Of a DNA stretch of 64,000 nt, positions 1 through 12,470 are shown in pieces; position 1 is the first letter of the stretch, and each line of letters opens with the position of its first letter. The stretch lies in contig NW_024704742.1 in NCBI RefSeq assembly GCF_018977255.1, positions 52,888,001 to 52,952,000 on the forward strand, read 5' to 3'. Source of the DNA: Callorhinchus milii (lineage: Eukaryota). The notes beneath the pieces were generated by a model that did not search any database, was not told the origin of the DNA, and worked only from the letters and a program-made list of their open reading frames with translations. The position numbers and the translations under genes were made by a program.

Positions 1-597
1 TATGATAATCTTGAAGATCTCTATTAGGTCACTCCTTACTCTTCTCAGCTCTAACAAAAAAAAGCTTTATTTAATTTAAAAAAGGAATGGTTTCCATTAA
101 ATAAAACCATCTACTTTCTATGAATTCATACTTATGTATATTACAATAAGGTTGTACTATGAAATTGTGGAACATAAAATAAGTTATCAGCTGCAGGTAT
201 CATAAGTCATATGTGATTTTCAATTCATAAATGGAATGAAACACCTTTATTTGTTACGTTTTTGACACTTTCTCATTTCAGAAACCAATAATCAGATTGC
301 AGGAAACGAGAACATTTTTCGTTTCACTTTGTTGTTTGTTTTGTTAGTTACGAATCATTCAAAGTTTGTTTTTGCCACACAAATAATTATTGGTTTCAAC
401 TGTTAACTTCTAAACACTACATAATCATTCATATATGGATATGAATTGTGGATAATATTGGAATTTAAGGATTAGTAATAGTTTGACTAAATAATCCAGT
501 TTCTACATGGGCAAAGTCACATGTGGCAAAGCATTTTTGTAAAGGAGAAACAGAGTTGGGGAATTGAGTGGATGAGCATCTTCTAAATTCTGTGATG

Positions 598-670
598 TAG
601 AACAATAAAAGTTTACAGCACAGAAGGAGGCCATTTGGCCCATGGAGTCTGCCTGGACCGGCTCCCAGAG
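598..670 (-). mobile_element. CR1 LINE 3' tail remnant
   Basis: 'tacagcacagaaggaggccatttggcccat' is the reverse complement of the typical CR1 3' terminus (gggccgaatggcctccttctgtgctgta), recalled from memory. Confidence 0.65.
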
Positions 671-1399
671 CAAGATATTCATTCAATCTCACTGACTCCT
701 CTAGCATCGGAAATAACTTCTCCCATATAGTCATTGGAAAGGAGAGAAGTTACAATTTTACATGTACTGTAAGATAATTATATGAAGCACATCTTTGTAC
801 ATTCTAATCAAGCAAAAATGATCAAACTGGCACTGACTTTGCTTTCCCATGACTTCCGAGCAACTACTCTCGACTTATTTAAAAACTCATATAATATTGA
901 TATAGTTCATATTGAATCAATTTGAACAAGCTGACGTATCAGTAAAAAAAAACCTGGTTTCAAGTATCGGATTGATTAAAGCTGCACGAGAATACACAGT
1001 GTCAGATGTCAGGCTCCAAACACTGTACCGACATTTCACTATTTAAATACAGGTGCTACAATTTCTATGACTGGGTGCCATTAGGTATTTCTTACGTCTA
1101 GGCATTTTTTTGTGTGCTGTAGTAATGTATGAAAGAGGCTCCTATTTGCCTTCTCGATGAGGACAATGCTAGTTCAGTTTGTGCTGAAACCTCTGGTAGG
1201 GAAAGCTGAAGGATATAATTGTGTGCCTGTACTCCACAGAGATGCACTTTACTGTCAGCGATAGTACCAGTTGCTAGGCTGAATGGCTCCATTTGTCTGA
1301 AAGGCATATGCAGACTTGCCTATCTGGTTCCCTGTACTCAGCATATTTTAATGTCATCAGTCAAAATGTACTGCATGAACATCAGCCTTGGAACAGATA

Positions 1400-2130
1400 T
1401 GTACCTCATATATGTTTCAAAAGCAAATTGTAACTGAAAAATGATTTTCTAACTCAACACCATTCTGTCAATGTTCTTTTTGCCAAACGACTAGATTGAA
1501 ATAAATGTTTTGCTTTGCTTAGGGAAAACTGAACAAAGGTGATGTAAAATTAAGAAAATTACATTTTTAAGTATTTTTTGTAAAAAAAAAGTAGCTACTG
1601 TATTAAAAAGAATCACTCTCTGTAAATAGGTATCTGTTCTCACGGGGATGTGAAATGAAGTGTTGTATCCCATGTTGTTTTAGAACCAGACAAAATGCCA
1701 GCCTCTCTGCAGTGAGAGATTATGAGTGTCACATCACATTAAAGGCTGGTGCCAGAAAAATGTGTAAGATTATCACTTTCCTATTCTACGAGGGGGCCAG
1801 TTTTCCAAAAGTTTTTTTAATATCTTCAACACATCTGCAATTTCCAAGTTTCCTCCAACTGCACCTGTTGGAGAGTTTCATCTCCATGTTATTTTCATTG
1901 AGAGAACGCCCAGAATTGTCTAAGACTTGTGGGGAAATAATTTCCCAAATGTTTCCCCATTCTTCCCTCTCACATCTGGGAGCTGCTTCTATATTATATT
2001 AAAAATATCTCCACCTGCTTCTGCTATTTTCTGTGTTTTTCCATTACTCAGTCCCATGTGAAAATCTCTCATACATGTTTTAACTTCCAAGTCCCTCCTC
2101 AAGAGGTTTGTATATGTTTGCAAATGAGAG
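1400..2130 (-). mobile_element. Highly decayed Tx1/L1-clade LINE ORF2 C-terminal fragment
   Basis: Manual minus-strand translation with frameshifts gives WGNIWEIISPQVLDN, RCSWRKLGNCRCVEDIKK and NLVVWQK..TLTEWC. These resemble, in order, the Tx1 C-terminal motifs IWQNASSPELSN, the CCHC finger and NLLVFQ..TECC. Confidence 0.35.
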
Positions 2131-2482
2131 AATAGTATCTCTCTTCAGGATGGCTGCAAAGCAGAAATTACTCATTGAGATGCATGAGAGGAAGAGGTAG
2201 CTTGATTACCTTGAGGTCAGATACTTTGCCCTCCGTGACTTTTTTTTAGAACAATCAAATGTACAAGTATTGCACAGAATCATTCTGGAAAACTTAGCTA
2301 TGAGGAGTCCCAAATCAGGAGCCACAATATATAGCTGGGACCGTCACTTTACGTACATGCCTTTACGTTTGTTTCACATAGCAAGAGGTTACCTGTTCGG
2401 CAATGCAAATCTTCACTGTTTAAATGTGACAATTGGTTAACTAGACCACAGCAACAGAACATACAGCAGTGTTATACCAAAT

Positions 2483-2630
2483 GATTCTCCTAATATGCTG
2501 GGAGTAGTAGGCTGCACACAGATCTCCGTCAAAGTTACCTTCAAAGGTATAAAAAGGAAGGTGTTTACTGTAAAAATGAAGGTTTTCATTCTATGAAGCT
2601 GCCAGTCCTCTGGGGACTGATGCTGCTTCT
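2483..2630 (+). mobile_element. Fossil PIF/Harbinger transposase fragment
   Basis: Translation SPNMLGVVGCTQISVK, frameshift, then EGVYCKNEGFHSMKLPVLW. This parallels the Harbinger DDE motif FPxVxGAIDCTHIxI..YxNRKGFHSINVQxVCD; the catalytic Asp is lost. Confidence 0.5.
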
Positions 2631-2694
2631 TTTGGGATTGAAAGATAAACATTACTGAAGAAAGTAGTAGCATTACTGGGTCCTGGTTCAGTTG

Positions 2695-3110
2695 GTGTCA
2701 GCCTGGCTCTGTTGGTAGCACTGTCACCTTTGAGTCAGAAGGTTGTGGGTTCAAACCCCTCATTGCAACTTGGAACCCATATAATCTATGCTGGCACTCC
2801 AATGCATTGCAGGAGGTATACTTGGAGGTGTCATCCTTTGGACGAGACGTTAACCGAGGCCTCATCTGCCTGTCCAGGTGGGTTTTAAAAATCCCAAGGC
2901 ACTCTTCAAAAAGAGAAGGGAGTTTCTCCCGGCCAACAATCCCCCAAATAAAATTAGTCACTCACTCTATGGTGGTTTGTAGGATTTGGTTGGGTTGTTT
3001 ACCCACAAAATACACACAATCACATCACTTTACAGTGCACCGTATGTGACGCTTTGAGACGCCTTGACCACATGATAAGGTGCCATATCAAATAAAAGGA
3101 TATTGTTATG
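2695..3110 (+). mobile_element. Deu-domain SINE (SacSINE1/AmnSINE1-related), near full length
   Basis: tRNA-like head (tggctctgttgg A box, ggttcaaaccc B box); central 'ggaggtgtcatcctttggacgagacgttaaccgagg..atcccaaggcact' Deu core; L2-type tail. Confidence 0.8.
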
Positions 3111-3711
3111 ATTACCTGGAAAAAAAAAGGCTCTGTGACATTAACTGCCATTTCTAGCTGGAAACTCTCCTTGTACATGATACTGACTTGTGTGACCTCA
3201 GCTCTGACCTGGGATTTCTTCAGAGCTGAGGTCTTGTGAATAATTATGACCTCCAGAAGTTTCTCAGCAGAACACTCAATTCATGCCACACAGTGCCTTT
3301 TCCAGCAGTGAGCTATTATTAACACTACTGCTTTCAAGAGAAATCACTCGTAACCCCCTCCCCCACCCGCACGCAAACATACACAGCGTATATGAGAACA
3401 TATCCTGTTGGCTAGTTAGTCAGCTCTATGCTACCATTTTTTTGGACCATTTTTCAGTTAAGGTTAACCATCTACTTTTAAGTTCACAAGATCCCCTGTG
3501 GACCGTTTTGTCAATTTGCTTACACACACTGTTTTGACGCTTTGGCTTAACTGTTTCTTTCTCACTTGATGTTTGGAAGCCTCGCCTATCAAAACACCTG
3601 CCTGTGAAAACATTGCTTAAAACCAGCCCGAGAGACATTTCCTCAGCCCTCCTCTCACAGTAAGTTTTCAACAGCCAACTTCAAAATAAAAATATAACAA
3701 AATAAGATTAA

Positions 3712-3935
3712 TAATCCTTGAATTTTATATAGTGCCTTTTACCTCTGAGAGGATATATAGTCAATCCACTTTACAATATATTCTGTAAAGCGCTTTGAGA
3801 CGTCTCAATGACGTGATAAGGCGCTATATCAAATGCAAGGATTATTATTATTTTGTCCCAAAACGCTTCACAGCATTTACTGTAAATTGTGGTGACTGCA
3901 TATTTGGTAGGTGAATGGCATCATAAGTATGCACG
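3712..3935. mobile_element. Plus-strand SINE 3' end (about 3758-3852) nested in a minus-strand SINE tail
   Basis: The minus-strand tail starts at 3712 and resumes at about 3853; between them lies 'aagcgctttgagacgtctc..aaatgcaaggattattattatt'. Confidence 0.7.
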
Positions 3936-4099
3936 ATATGTTTTTCAGGGATTAGATTTGTGGAGATTGAAAGCTTTGCTACAAAACAATTGGAAATGAA
4001 GGGCAGGAAGGGTCAGGGTAGGAAAACCACTTAGCAGGAAAGTGGCCTGCTTCACATCCCCTCCCCAACAACCCCACCATCTGAGGTTGGACTCTCAGC

Positions 4100-4347
4100 T
4101 TATCTGTCCCACTCCCTGGAACTCCAATCCAGAGTACCTTTAACTCAGCCCTTTCCTCTCCTTCAGGGTCTGCCTAAGACCTTCCTCTTTGCCCATTACT
4201 TTTGACCATTTTCCCCACCACCCTCATCATCCATCCCCTCAATCCTCACCCTCAGCTCGGACTCAAACCGTGGACTGGCCACAGTGCCTTGGGATGTGCT
4301 CTTGATGTGACAGGCACTATACAAAGTAAATTTATATTGTATTGTTA
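4100..4347 (+). mobile_element. L2 LINE 3' end fragment
   Basis: ctggaactcc..ctcagctcggactc..gccttgggatgtgctcttgatgtgacaggcactat matches the 3' end of the other L2 copies in the window. Confidence 0.75.
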
Positions 4348-4699
4348 AAACACAACAGGGTAGCAACGTTTTTCCACATTGTTTTACAAATGACCACATG
4401 TTCTTTTACAAGTCATACCTCTGCCGGATATGAGCCTTTCTCTGTGAAATTGAATTGTTTTTCTTTTCATCCCCTTTTCCCTTCCTTGAGCTATGCACAA
4501 TTCATCCCTCAAGAAGCCAGGCTATTACCTGAGTTGACATGCTGGGAATGTATGAAATGGTATTGCTCCAGAGACTTGGCTGCGGTTTGTCTCTGTTTCT
4601 GTGTGAGTTCATTGGTGCTCTGAGCCATTACACCTCTCCCCAGCCCTTTTCCTTATATTGTTTGTCCCAAGTGGGTCATTGTATTGAAAAGATGGCAAA

Positions 4700-4961
4700 C
4701 TATGTGGTTTAAGCTGGTTAGACTCCAGCAGTACCCCAACGCACACTGTAGGATCCCCAAGCCTTGGCTCTTGCCAACCTGTACCTAATGCTTTCTGGAA
4801 TTGGATAAGCAGGATATGTCTCTCCAGGGATGGAATGCATTCCATTCCAACAATCTATCTCTTGTAGGTGGGAGGCATGGAAATCTCAGCTTGGTTTGGA
4901 TACTCTTAAGCATGGTGATGGGTTTTCTCCATGTGACAATATCCGACTGACCAAAAAAAAA
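4700..4961 (+). mobile_element. Unclassified poly(A)-tailed retroposon, copy 1
   Basis: Ends ggatactcttaagcatggtgatggg..ctgacc(A)9. The same terminus recurs at six other sites. Confidence 0.7.
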
Positions 4962-6774
4962 TCGAAAAGCATTGAACAGCTGGTTATGATGATTCACCAT
5001 CTGTGAAATGAACAATTGCAGCCTCCGTTGCTTAAAATTGTGTTTCCTAACCTGATTTGAGGCAAACTTTTATTGCATTTGTGGTTTAGGGAACATATAT
5101 TTGTATTGCAGTCTTGACACACCCCACAGTGCAAAAACATTCCTTTATGCTGCCACCCTGTTTACTGCAGTGCATGTGCATTGGTGTGAGGGGTTAGGGA
5201 CTGAATTAATGAGATGCCCAAACGCTACTGAAGGAATACCATTCAGTTACAGATATCACAAGAATGTGCCCAACGTACTCCAGAAAGTGTATGCTGGACA
5301 ATGTGGAAGAATTGCTTCTTTGAAAGGTATTTGTAAGGTTTACTCTGTCTCTCTTTTCCCTAACTCATGAGCCATCCCTGATTAAGACAGACAGTTGAGT
5401 TGCTCTTGGCCTCCGCTTATATTCCTCTATAAACAGTTGAGTGTAATTCACTTTACAGTCTATTCTGTGAAGTGCTTTGAGATGTCAAGAAGACGTGAAA
5501 AGCACCTTATCAAATGCAAGGATTATTATTATTATTTTTAATAGAGGTGTTAATACTGCAAAACAAAGGGTGGGGGGGGGGGGGGGGGGTGTCGTGGAGT
5601 GGGTAATTGCAACAAAACAGGCAGACCAGAGAGAGAAAAGGTGTCTCTGGGACCAAGATGATGTGGTAATGGTCACAGAAGAGTGGGAGGGGGAGTGGGA
5701 GTTGTTATGATCCACTGTTGTGCAAGAGAAATCCAGTAGTGTTCACATTTGATATAGAGTTGACTTTATGGGAAAACCACTGACTCCAGCCAATGGTTTA
5801 CTGTGGCATGCCAGGATTCAGGAACATGGACAATAATTACTTGGCTGTGATTAACTTTTTTTTAATGTTTCAAACACACTGAATTGAGCCAGAAAAACAC
5901 AACTACAACAATTCATACAAAATGCCTTAGATAGTGTGGAGTGGAGGAACAGAGGGCATGGGAATCATAGTTATGGGGTCGGGCAAGATAGTTGAGGCAC
6001 TTGAAATCAATCCACTGGATGGATGGATGCTATCTTACCTTGGAAATTTCTTTGTGTCTGGAGTGGAGGTGACAAAAGATTAAGGGTTTCAGCTCTGTTT
6101 GGGAAAGGAAGTGGCAGAGGCAGGCGATGTTGCAGAAATGCAGGAACTAAAAAATAAATAAATAAAATAATAATTTAGTCACTCAACCCACAACTGTTTG
6201 TTGCACACCACTGTGCTCAATTGGCTGCCACATTTCGCCCACTTTACAGTATATTCTGTGAGCTATGCACTTTGAGACATTTTAACTATGTGATAAATGC
6301 TATATGAAATGCAAGGATATTATTATTAATAATATCATTGAATGTCACCGGTTAGAAAGAGAAAGGAGTTTCTCCTGATGTCCTGTCCAACAATCCTCAA
6401 AATAGAATTGATCATTCACTTCATGGTTGTTTGTGTGAAATGCAAGGTCTGAATAATATGATGATCCCGTTCAGCTCCAGACCATGGCCTGCCATTTGGG
6501 AATCTCTGGGATATTATCTTGCTTCTTACGATGCTTTTAAACTCATAATATAATACTAATATGATATAATCCTTGCATTTGATATAGCGCCTTATCAAGT
6601 CTAAAGTGAATTAACTGTATATTTTGTGGCTGAAATGCCCACAAAAGAGTTCATCTCAATAAACCCATCTTGCTGGTCCCTATTGCTTCCCAAACCTGAA
6701 TAATTCAGAAGTTTTCAACTTTCTGTCAAACATATGCAATCTATCAATATCAATTTTACTTCTGTTGAAATCCT

Positions 6775-7095
6775 GTGGAGTCCTGTAGCTCAGTGGTTAG
6801 AGCACTCGCTTTGCAAGTGAGAGACCTGAGTTCAATTCCAGGCAGGGCAAAACCTTGGGCAAGTTTCCTTACTCCACACACCTAATAATAATCCCTCCAA
6901 AACCAAAAAACAATAATAAATTGGTCATTTTCAATCTACGACTGTTTGTGGGACATTGCTGTGCGCAATTGGCTGCTGCGTTCGCCCACAAATATACAGT
7001 CAATTCACTTTACAATGTGTTCTGTGAAGCGCTTTGGGACATCCTCCCAACGTGAAAAGCGCTATATAAAATGCAAGGATTATTATTATTATTAT
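6775..7095 (+). mobile_element. Young tRNA-derived SINE, short subfamily, full length
   Basis: A box tagctcagtgg, B box gttcaattcc, L2-like tail, (ATT)n end. About 95% identical by eye to 29846-30164. Confidence 0.95.
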
Positions 7096-7599
7096 CCTCC
7101 TTGCCTTTTTAAATGCTTGTCAAAAATATTGATCTTTTTGCGACATCTCTTTAGCCTTCAGCTCATGATAGACACGAATGGCTCCTCTTCTCCTCTCTTC
7201 ACGGTCATTAAAACTGAATCTTTTGTTGCAACTTGACCATGAACAATTTCCCAGCCCCCCCTACGTTCTGGACCTTCATCTACAAACCTCAACAACAACA
7301 ACAAAATTACATTTATAGAGCGCCTTTCACACCGGGAGGACGTCCCAAAGCGCTAAATTCCACCTGTTCTCACTTTGGACTCTTCTGACTAATGGCTCAT
7401 AATCAACTTCTTGTAAATGCTCTCCAACAAACCACTCTCAATCAATAAGATCTGATTTATGCCTCTGCTATAAAATCAGCTGACTGGAATGGTGTCAGAG
7501 GAATTATTTCTTCTGATCTAAAGGCTGCTGCCATTTTACTAATCCTTTCATCTGCTCAACTGAAGTAATTAGTGTCATTCTAAATGCCATAAGCTTCTT

Positions 7600-8745
7600 A
7601 CCACATCCTTCCCCAACTGTGATATCAGGCAGTAGTTTGTGGTTCAACCGTATCACTGTTGTTCTGGTCTCATAAATATTCTGTTTATTGCTCGTGGCAT
7701 CTTAACTAGTCTGAGACATCTTCAGCCAACTGTATCTTTGTTTATAATCTTTGTAAATCTGTTATTTAATGCTGATAAACATAAAATTTTATTGGAAGGA
7801 AGTGTCAAAGGAAGTGTCTATCTTCTTTCCTTCCAGCAATTGTTGTTTTTAGTCCCTTGGAAAACTGCCTGTTGAGTCTATTGTGATTCCTGCTTTCAAG
7901 CTTTTTTCTATCCTGATGGTTCAGTTCCTAGCTCATATTTAAAGCAAAAGCTAATCCATTTGTCTTTGTCAATACCCATGGCTTTTGAAATAGGAAGATA
8001 GGTACAGTTGTAGGCCATTCACCCGGTCAAGACTTCTGTTATTTTATGAGATCATGGTATATGTTTCAATCTGCATATCCCTTAATACATTTACTTCCAA
8101 GTAACTATCCAACTCATGTAACCCCCCACAAACAATATATCCAGAGTAGGGATGTCCACAAAGTTAGATTAATGTTTTCCAGTTTTGTTGCTTCTTCCAT
8201 ATCTACTGTAGTTAATGATTATTCTCTGACTGCTTTTTATTATCTGAGGTGTACTGTTCTCTTTCCCTCATCCTTTCTGTTCCACATGAATATCACCAGT
8301 ACATTTATCAATTCTTTTGCTAATGATTCCAATTAGAATCATTAGCAAAAGAATTAGCACATCTGCAGTGACCACAAACTTCATTCCTGCTGCAATGTAA
8401 TAGTTGAATCACTAAACCTTGATCTCTTCTATGCCTTTCAATGTGATAATGATGAACGTTTTTCTTTTAATTTCTCAAAAATATAGGTTCTTCATACCTC
8501 TCATTAGTTTCAGCAACAGCTAGCAACTCTCATCTTTCATATCTTCACTTTTAACCCCTCTTGTTCTATCAACATTCTGGGTTTCACTATCTCTTTTGAT
8601 CTCAAATGACACTGCTAACGTAACCTCAAATAAGTTCAATTTTATCTTTTATGATTTCTCTTCCCTTCAAAAACTCTTAGCTCTTTATAAGATCAAAAGT
8701 CATCTGAGACTTGAATACTACTTTAAGACTGGAGAGGCTCTTTTA
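7600..8745 (+). mobile_element. Ancient CR1/Jockey-group LINE RT fossil, interrupted by a CR1 tail at about 7990-8100 (minus)
   Basis: Degenerate motifs in the correct order: PWKTA, HGF, TVLFPSSFLFHMN..INSFAND (compare GSVLxPxLFLxFINDL..SFADD) and QKLLALYKIKSHLRLEYY (compare QLLxLYKAQIRPxLEY). Confidence 0.6.
8310..8355. repeat. 46-bp near-perfect palindrome
   Basis: aattcttttgctaatgattc-caatta-gaatcattagcaaaagaatt; the 20-bp arms are perfectly complementary. Confidence 0.95.
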
Positions 8746-9949
8746 CCACCTTACATGTTCTCCTGGACTGAATGGATGGAAAGGTTAATTTAAAATTTTA
8801 ATTTAAAGAAAGTTTAGTCCTGGCCAACAATCTCCCAGATAAAATTGGTCATTTGCTTCCTAGCTCTTTGTGGGGCATTACTGTGTGTAAATTGGCTGCC
8901 TTGTTTATCTACAAATACATTTACAGGACTACATTTTACAGAAAAAATGTTATAATGTGCTTCGAGATGTTACGAGTGCTATATCAAATGCTAGAATTGC
9001 TATTATTATCATTAATTACAAAAAAGTGATGAACTTCAACAGTGTGAAGGAGCGATAACAATGTCAATAGATTTAATTATTGAACTATGGTATTTCAGCA
9101 GATTTGTCAGTTCAACATGTTAACTCAGCTCCCTCACATTGTAAGACTATCTTCTCTCATCCAGGCTATCCCAAATTATGCCATCGACACTCTCTCTTAA
9201 ACAAAATGCTCCAGCCATGAGCAGAAGAAAGGAAAAGAATGTTACGATTGATAATTCATTTAAATTCCTGGATTTTTAGGAAATATGGATGCAATTTTGA
9301 GACCCTCTTTAACGGAACAATTATCCTCACGTAATTGTTATAAAATGATCTATCCTCATTCCTTTGTTTTTTTAACAAAGAATTTATTTTTAGCTTAAAC
9401 ACACCCTGAACCCAGCCACAGCTGCTTCTCCTCAGATCAGTTTGGAGTGACGGGAGTTACACTGAGGCTATCAGACAAATGGGTGGGGAAGTGGGGGGGG
9501 CAAGGTAGACAGCTGCAATACCTCTCTGCATTGTTAACGTTAGCCTGTCTCAGTCTGGACTTACTGAAAATATCATCTACAAACTAAAAGTTGATTTTTT
9601 TCATACGAATCTCCCATATTATCTTACTCGACAGACTTTTGATGATACAAATAGCAGATGGCTAGCAGGCTAACGTCCCTGAGGTTTACTGGAAAATAAA
9701 CCACTAATTAATACATCTCACAAGTTGAAAAGAGAATGGGGGTTGCAGGATGGCTCTCCTGTGGTTTATTTTTCTGTAAAACACAAAGTCCCATGATGTG
9801 ACATGTTTATACCGTACAGTGACTCATTTTATGACTGCATCTGAATGATTTCAAGAAGGCTGAGAAGATCCAATGGTATATTATCCTGTTGAGCTGTGCC
9901 ACTCAGGATGCATAGGGATACAGAACATCTGAATTGCGTTACAGTTAGT

Positions 9950-10160
9950 TGCTGGGGGCTGAGATTCTTCACATTTGGCTCTTAATAGCCTTACATGCCA
10001 AAGCCCTAACAGGTAGGGGGTCCTAGCTGGACAAGCAGTGAGATGCTTACCCAGACAAATGGCAACCGTACTTATACATAACTCTCAATAGTTTGTTTTG
10101 GGTACTCAAGCATGGTAATGGGTTTCTGCATATACCACACACCCGGCTGACCAAAACAAA
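9950..10160 (+). mobile_element. Unclassified poly(A)-tailed retroposon, copy 2 (internally deleted)
   Basis: ggtcctagctggacaagcag and caagcatggtaatgggtttctgcat..ggctgaccaaaac match the reverse complement of 61400-61740. Confidence 0.65.
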
Positions 10161-10189
10161 GGTTACATCCATGTGGTAGGTGTGTGTTT

Positions 10190-10711
10190 GCAGCCTCTGC
10201 AGTCCGTGTCCTCTCCTGCACTGGGCTCCATGACCCTATCACCCCCATCCTCGTTTGACTCCATTGGTTTCCCATCACACAGAGGATACAGTTCAAGATC
10301 CTGGTCCTCACCTTCAAAACCCTCCATGGCCTTGCTCCCCCCTACCTCGGCGACCTCCCACCAACCTGCTCGCTCCCTCCGCTCAGCGGGCTCTGGGCTG
10401 CTTCATGTCCCCCGTCTCGCCCGCCCCACCACTGGTCGGTGAGCCTTCAGCCACTCTGCCCCCACCCTCTGGAACTCCATCCTGTAGGCCCTCTGCCTCG
10501 CCCCCTCCCTCGCCTCCTTCAAGAGCCATCTCAAGACCCTCCTCTTTGACAGTGCTTTCGATCACCTTCCAACTCCTATCCTCCACTCTCCCCAATCCCG
10601 ACCCCCAGCTCGGGTCCGAAACATTGACTGTCCAGCGTCTTAGGACATCCTCTCGATGTGAAAGGCGCTATAAAAATGTAATGTATATGTTTGTTGTTGT
10701 TGTTGTTGTTT
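10190..10711 (+). mobile_element. L2 LINE 3' end, subfamily A
   Basis: Encodes pieces of the L2 ORF2 C-terminus (RSLRSAGSGLLHVPRL); tail ggacatcctctcgatgtgaaaggcgctat..(ttg)n. Confidence 0.92.
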
Positions 10712-11820
10712 GGTGAAGAGGCAACCTAGCCACAGTAAACATCAGAATGTCAAGAAAAGAGCCTGAGCAAATCCAATAGTCACAAACAAAAGTTGTAATT
10801 AAGACAACAATTAGTTTTGTAATTATAACTTTGTAGTATGTTTTGTTATTGTAGAGCGGACAGTTCGAAAGGCTGCTGTCAGTTGACATGCAACAAGCAT
10901 GCAGCACTGCTAAATAGGACATTTTCAGTAGCCAACATGCTATTGTGGGAAATAACCCGCCCTAAATCAACACTGATATTAATAATTCAGACATATGATA
11001 GATTCTTGTGGTTGAAAATGTGGTGTGTGCAAACAGAAGTCCCTGTGGTGATCTGGGACGTTACCCTGCGTGAGAGGCGCTATATAAATGCAAGTTTTAG
11101 TGATTGGAATTGTGCAATTCACTAAAAAAAATTCTGATTCCAAAATGCTGCTTCACGCCTGTCATTTTATTTCCGACCTTTTGTTGGCAAAGATGGCCAT
11201 GATTACAAACCAGAAGTCACAGTGATTGCCATTCTGTGAACATTGCAATTTCAACCCCATTAATTTTTCTACTGTATTTGCCAACAACATCCATTGGGAC
11301 ACGACACTCCTCTGAACAGATTGGAGGTCTGATGGTTATGAAAAGCACATCAGCATCAAGCATGATGTTCAGTCTGCCTACAAAGCTGTTACCATACATT
11401 ATAATAGAGTAGCCACTCACACCAGCTTAAAAAAGGACTTTCTAAACAGATGCAGTTTTCAGCAGTTTGCACTTTTGTTCGGATAGCACGTTTGCTGGAT
11501 GCACCTTTCTGAACAAATTCGCAGCTGACTAGCTCTGGCAAAATGAGGCTTGACAGGTATTATATAAGCATGAAGATGCTGAGCGTGGAGACTGATATTT
11601 GACATGATGAATTTGAACATTAAGGTAACATTAGCTATCTGACAGCATAGACTGCTGGTAACAGCTGAAGTGAAGAATTGTTCTTTGTTTTTAAAGCTCT
11701 GAATTTGTCTGTGGTGTAGGCCAGCAGCCATGCTTTTATTTAAGAATAGTCCTCGTATTTAAACCTATTGTCTCTTTTCTCCCTACTTTGCCATGATTTT
11801 AAGGGTGGGGGGAGGTAATC

Positions 11821-11879
11821 CCTCAGGAAAAACAGCACAAGTTAAGCACCTCAGGAAAAACAGCACAAGTTAAGCACCT
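11821..11879. repeat. Perfect 28-bp tandem duplication
   Basis: cctcaggaaaaacagcacaagttaagca x2 plus cct. Confidence 0.95.
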
Positions 11880-12182
11880 TGCAAGAAATTGCTCCCTTAG
11901 TCAGTGACACTTTAGCAATGCACTGCTTAGCCGATAATTCTATTCTCAAACACTGGGGAGAATATCATTAAACAGCAGGGGAAGACTTTGAGGCTGTGCA
12001 GCAATCACAGGCCTGAAATTTCTCTTTTTCTTAGGTTTAAAAACATTGTCTTAAAATTCAAGGTTGGACGCAAGTTTGAAAAACAATTAAAATTGTTTTT
12101 TATTTGAAAGCCATTTTTCTACAGTACCCAAAAAAATTTTAAAGCCATTTTATCAATTGCTGCAGAATCTCACAATTTAGGA

Positions 12183-12470
12183 CAATAATAATCCTTGCAA
12201 TTGCTATCGCTCCTTATCATGCTGAACCATCTCAAATCTTCACAGTTTTTTTCTGTAAAGTGTCTGTCTTTGTATTCGAGTGCGGCAGACAATATAAGAA
12301 CAGCAATGCCCTACAAACAGCCATGGAGCGAACCAATTTTTTTATCAGGTGGATAGTTTTCTTTTTGAATTGTGCCACAACATCTTTAATAATCACCTGA
12401 AGAGGCAGACGTCAACCTGAGTTTTAACATCTCATCCAAAGTTCGACTTTGCCCAACATTGCATTCGAAT
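12183..12470 (-). mobile_element. Decayed Deu-domain SINE
   Basis: Reverse-complement tail aataataatccttgca and core tttaacatctcatccaaa. Confidence 0.7.

Noticed and set aside
5570..5590. G-run, potential G-quadruplex (also about 50690)
   Set aside because: Simple homopolymer of uncertain length with no contextual support.
6775..6850. tRNA-Ala(TGC)-like cloverleaf (also at 29846, 38431 and 63060)
   Set aside because: It is the SINE head: the acceptor stem is poor and it is always followed by the SINE body and L2 tail.
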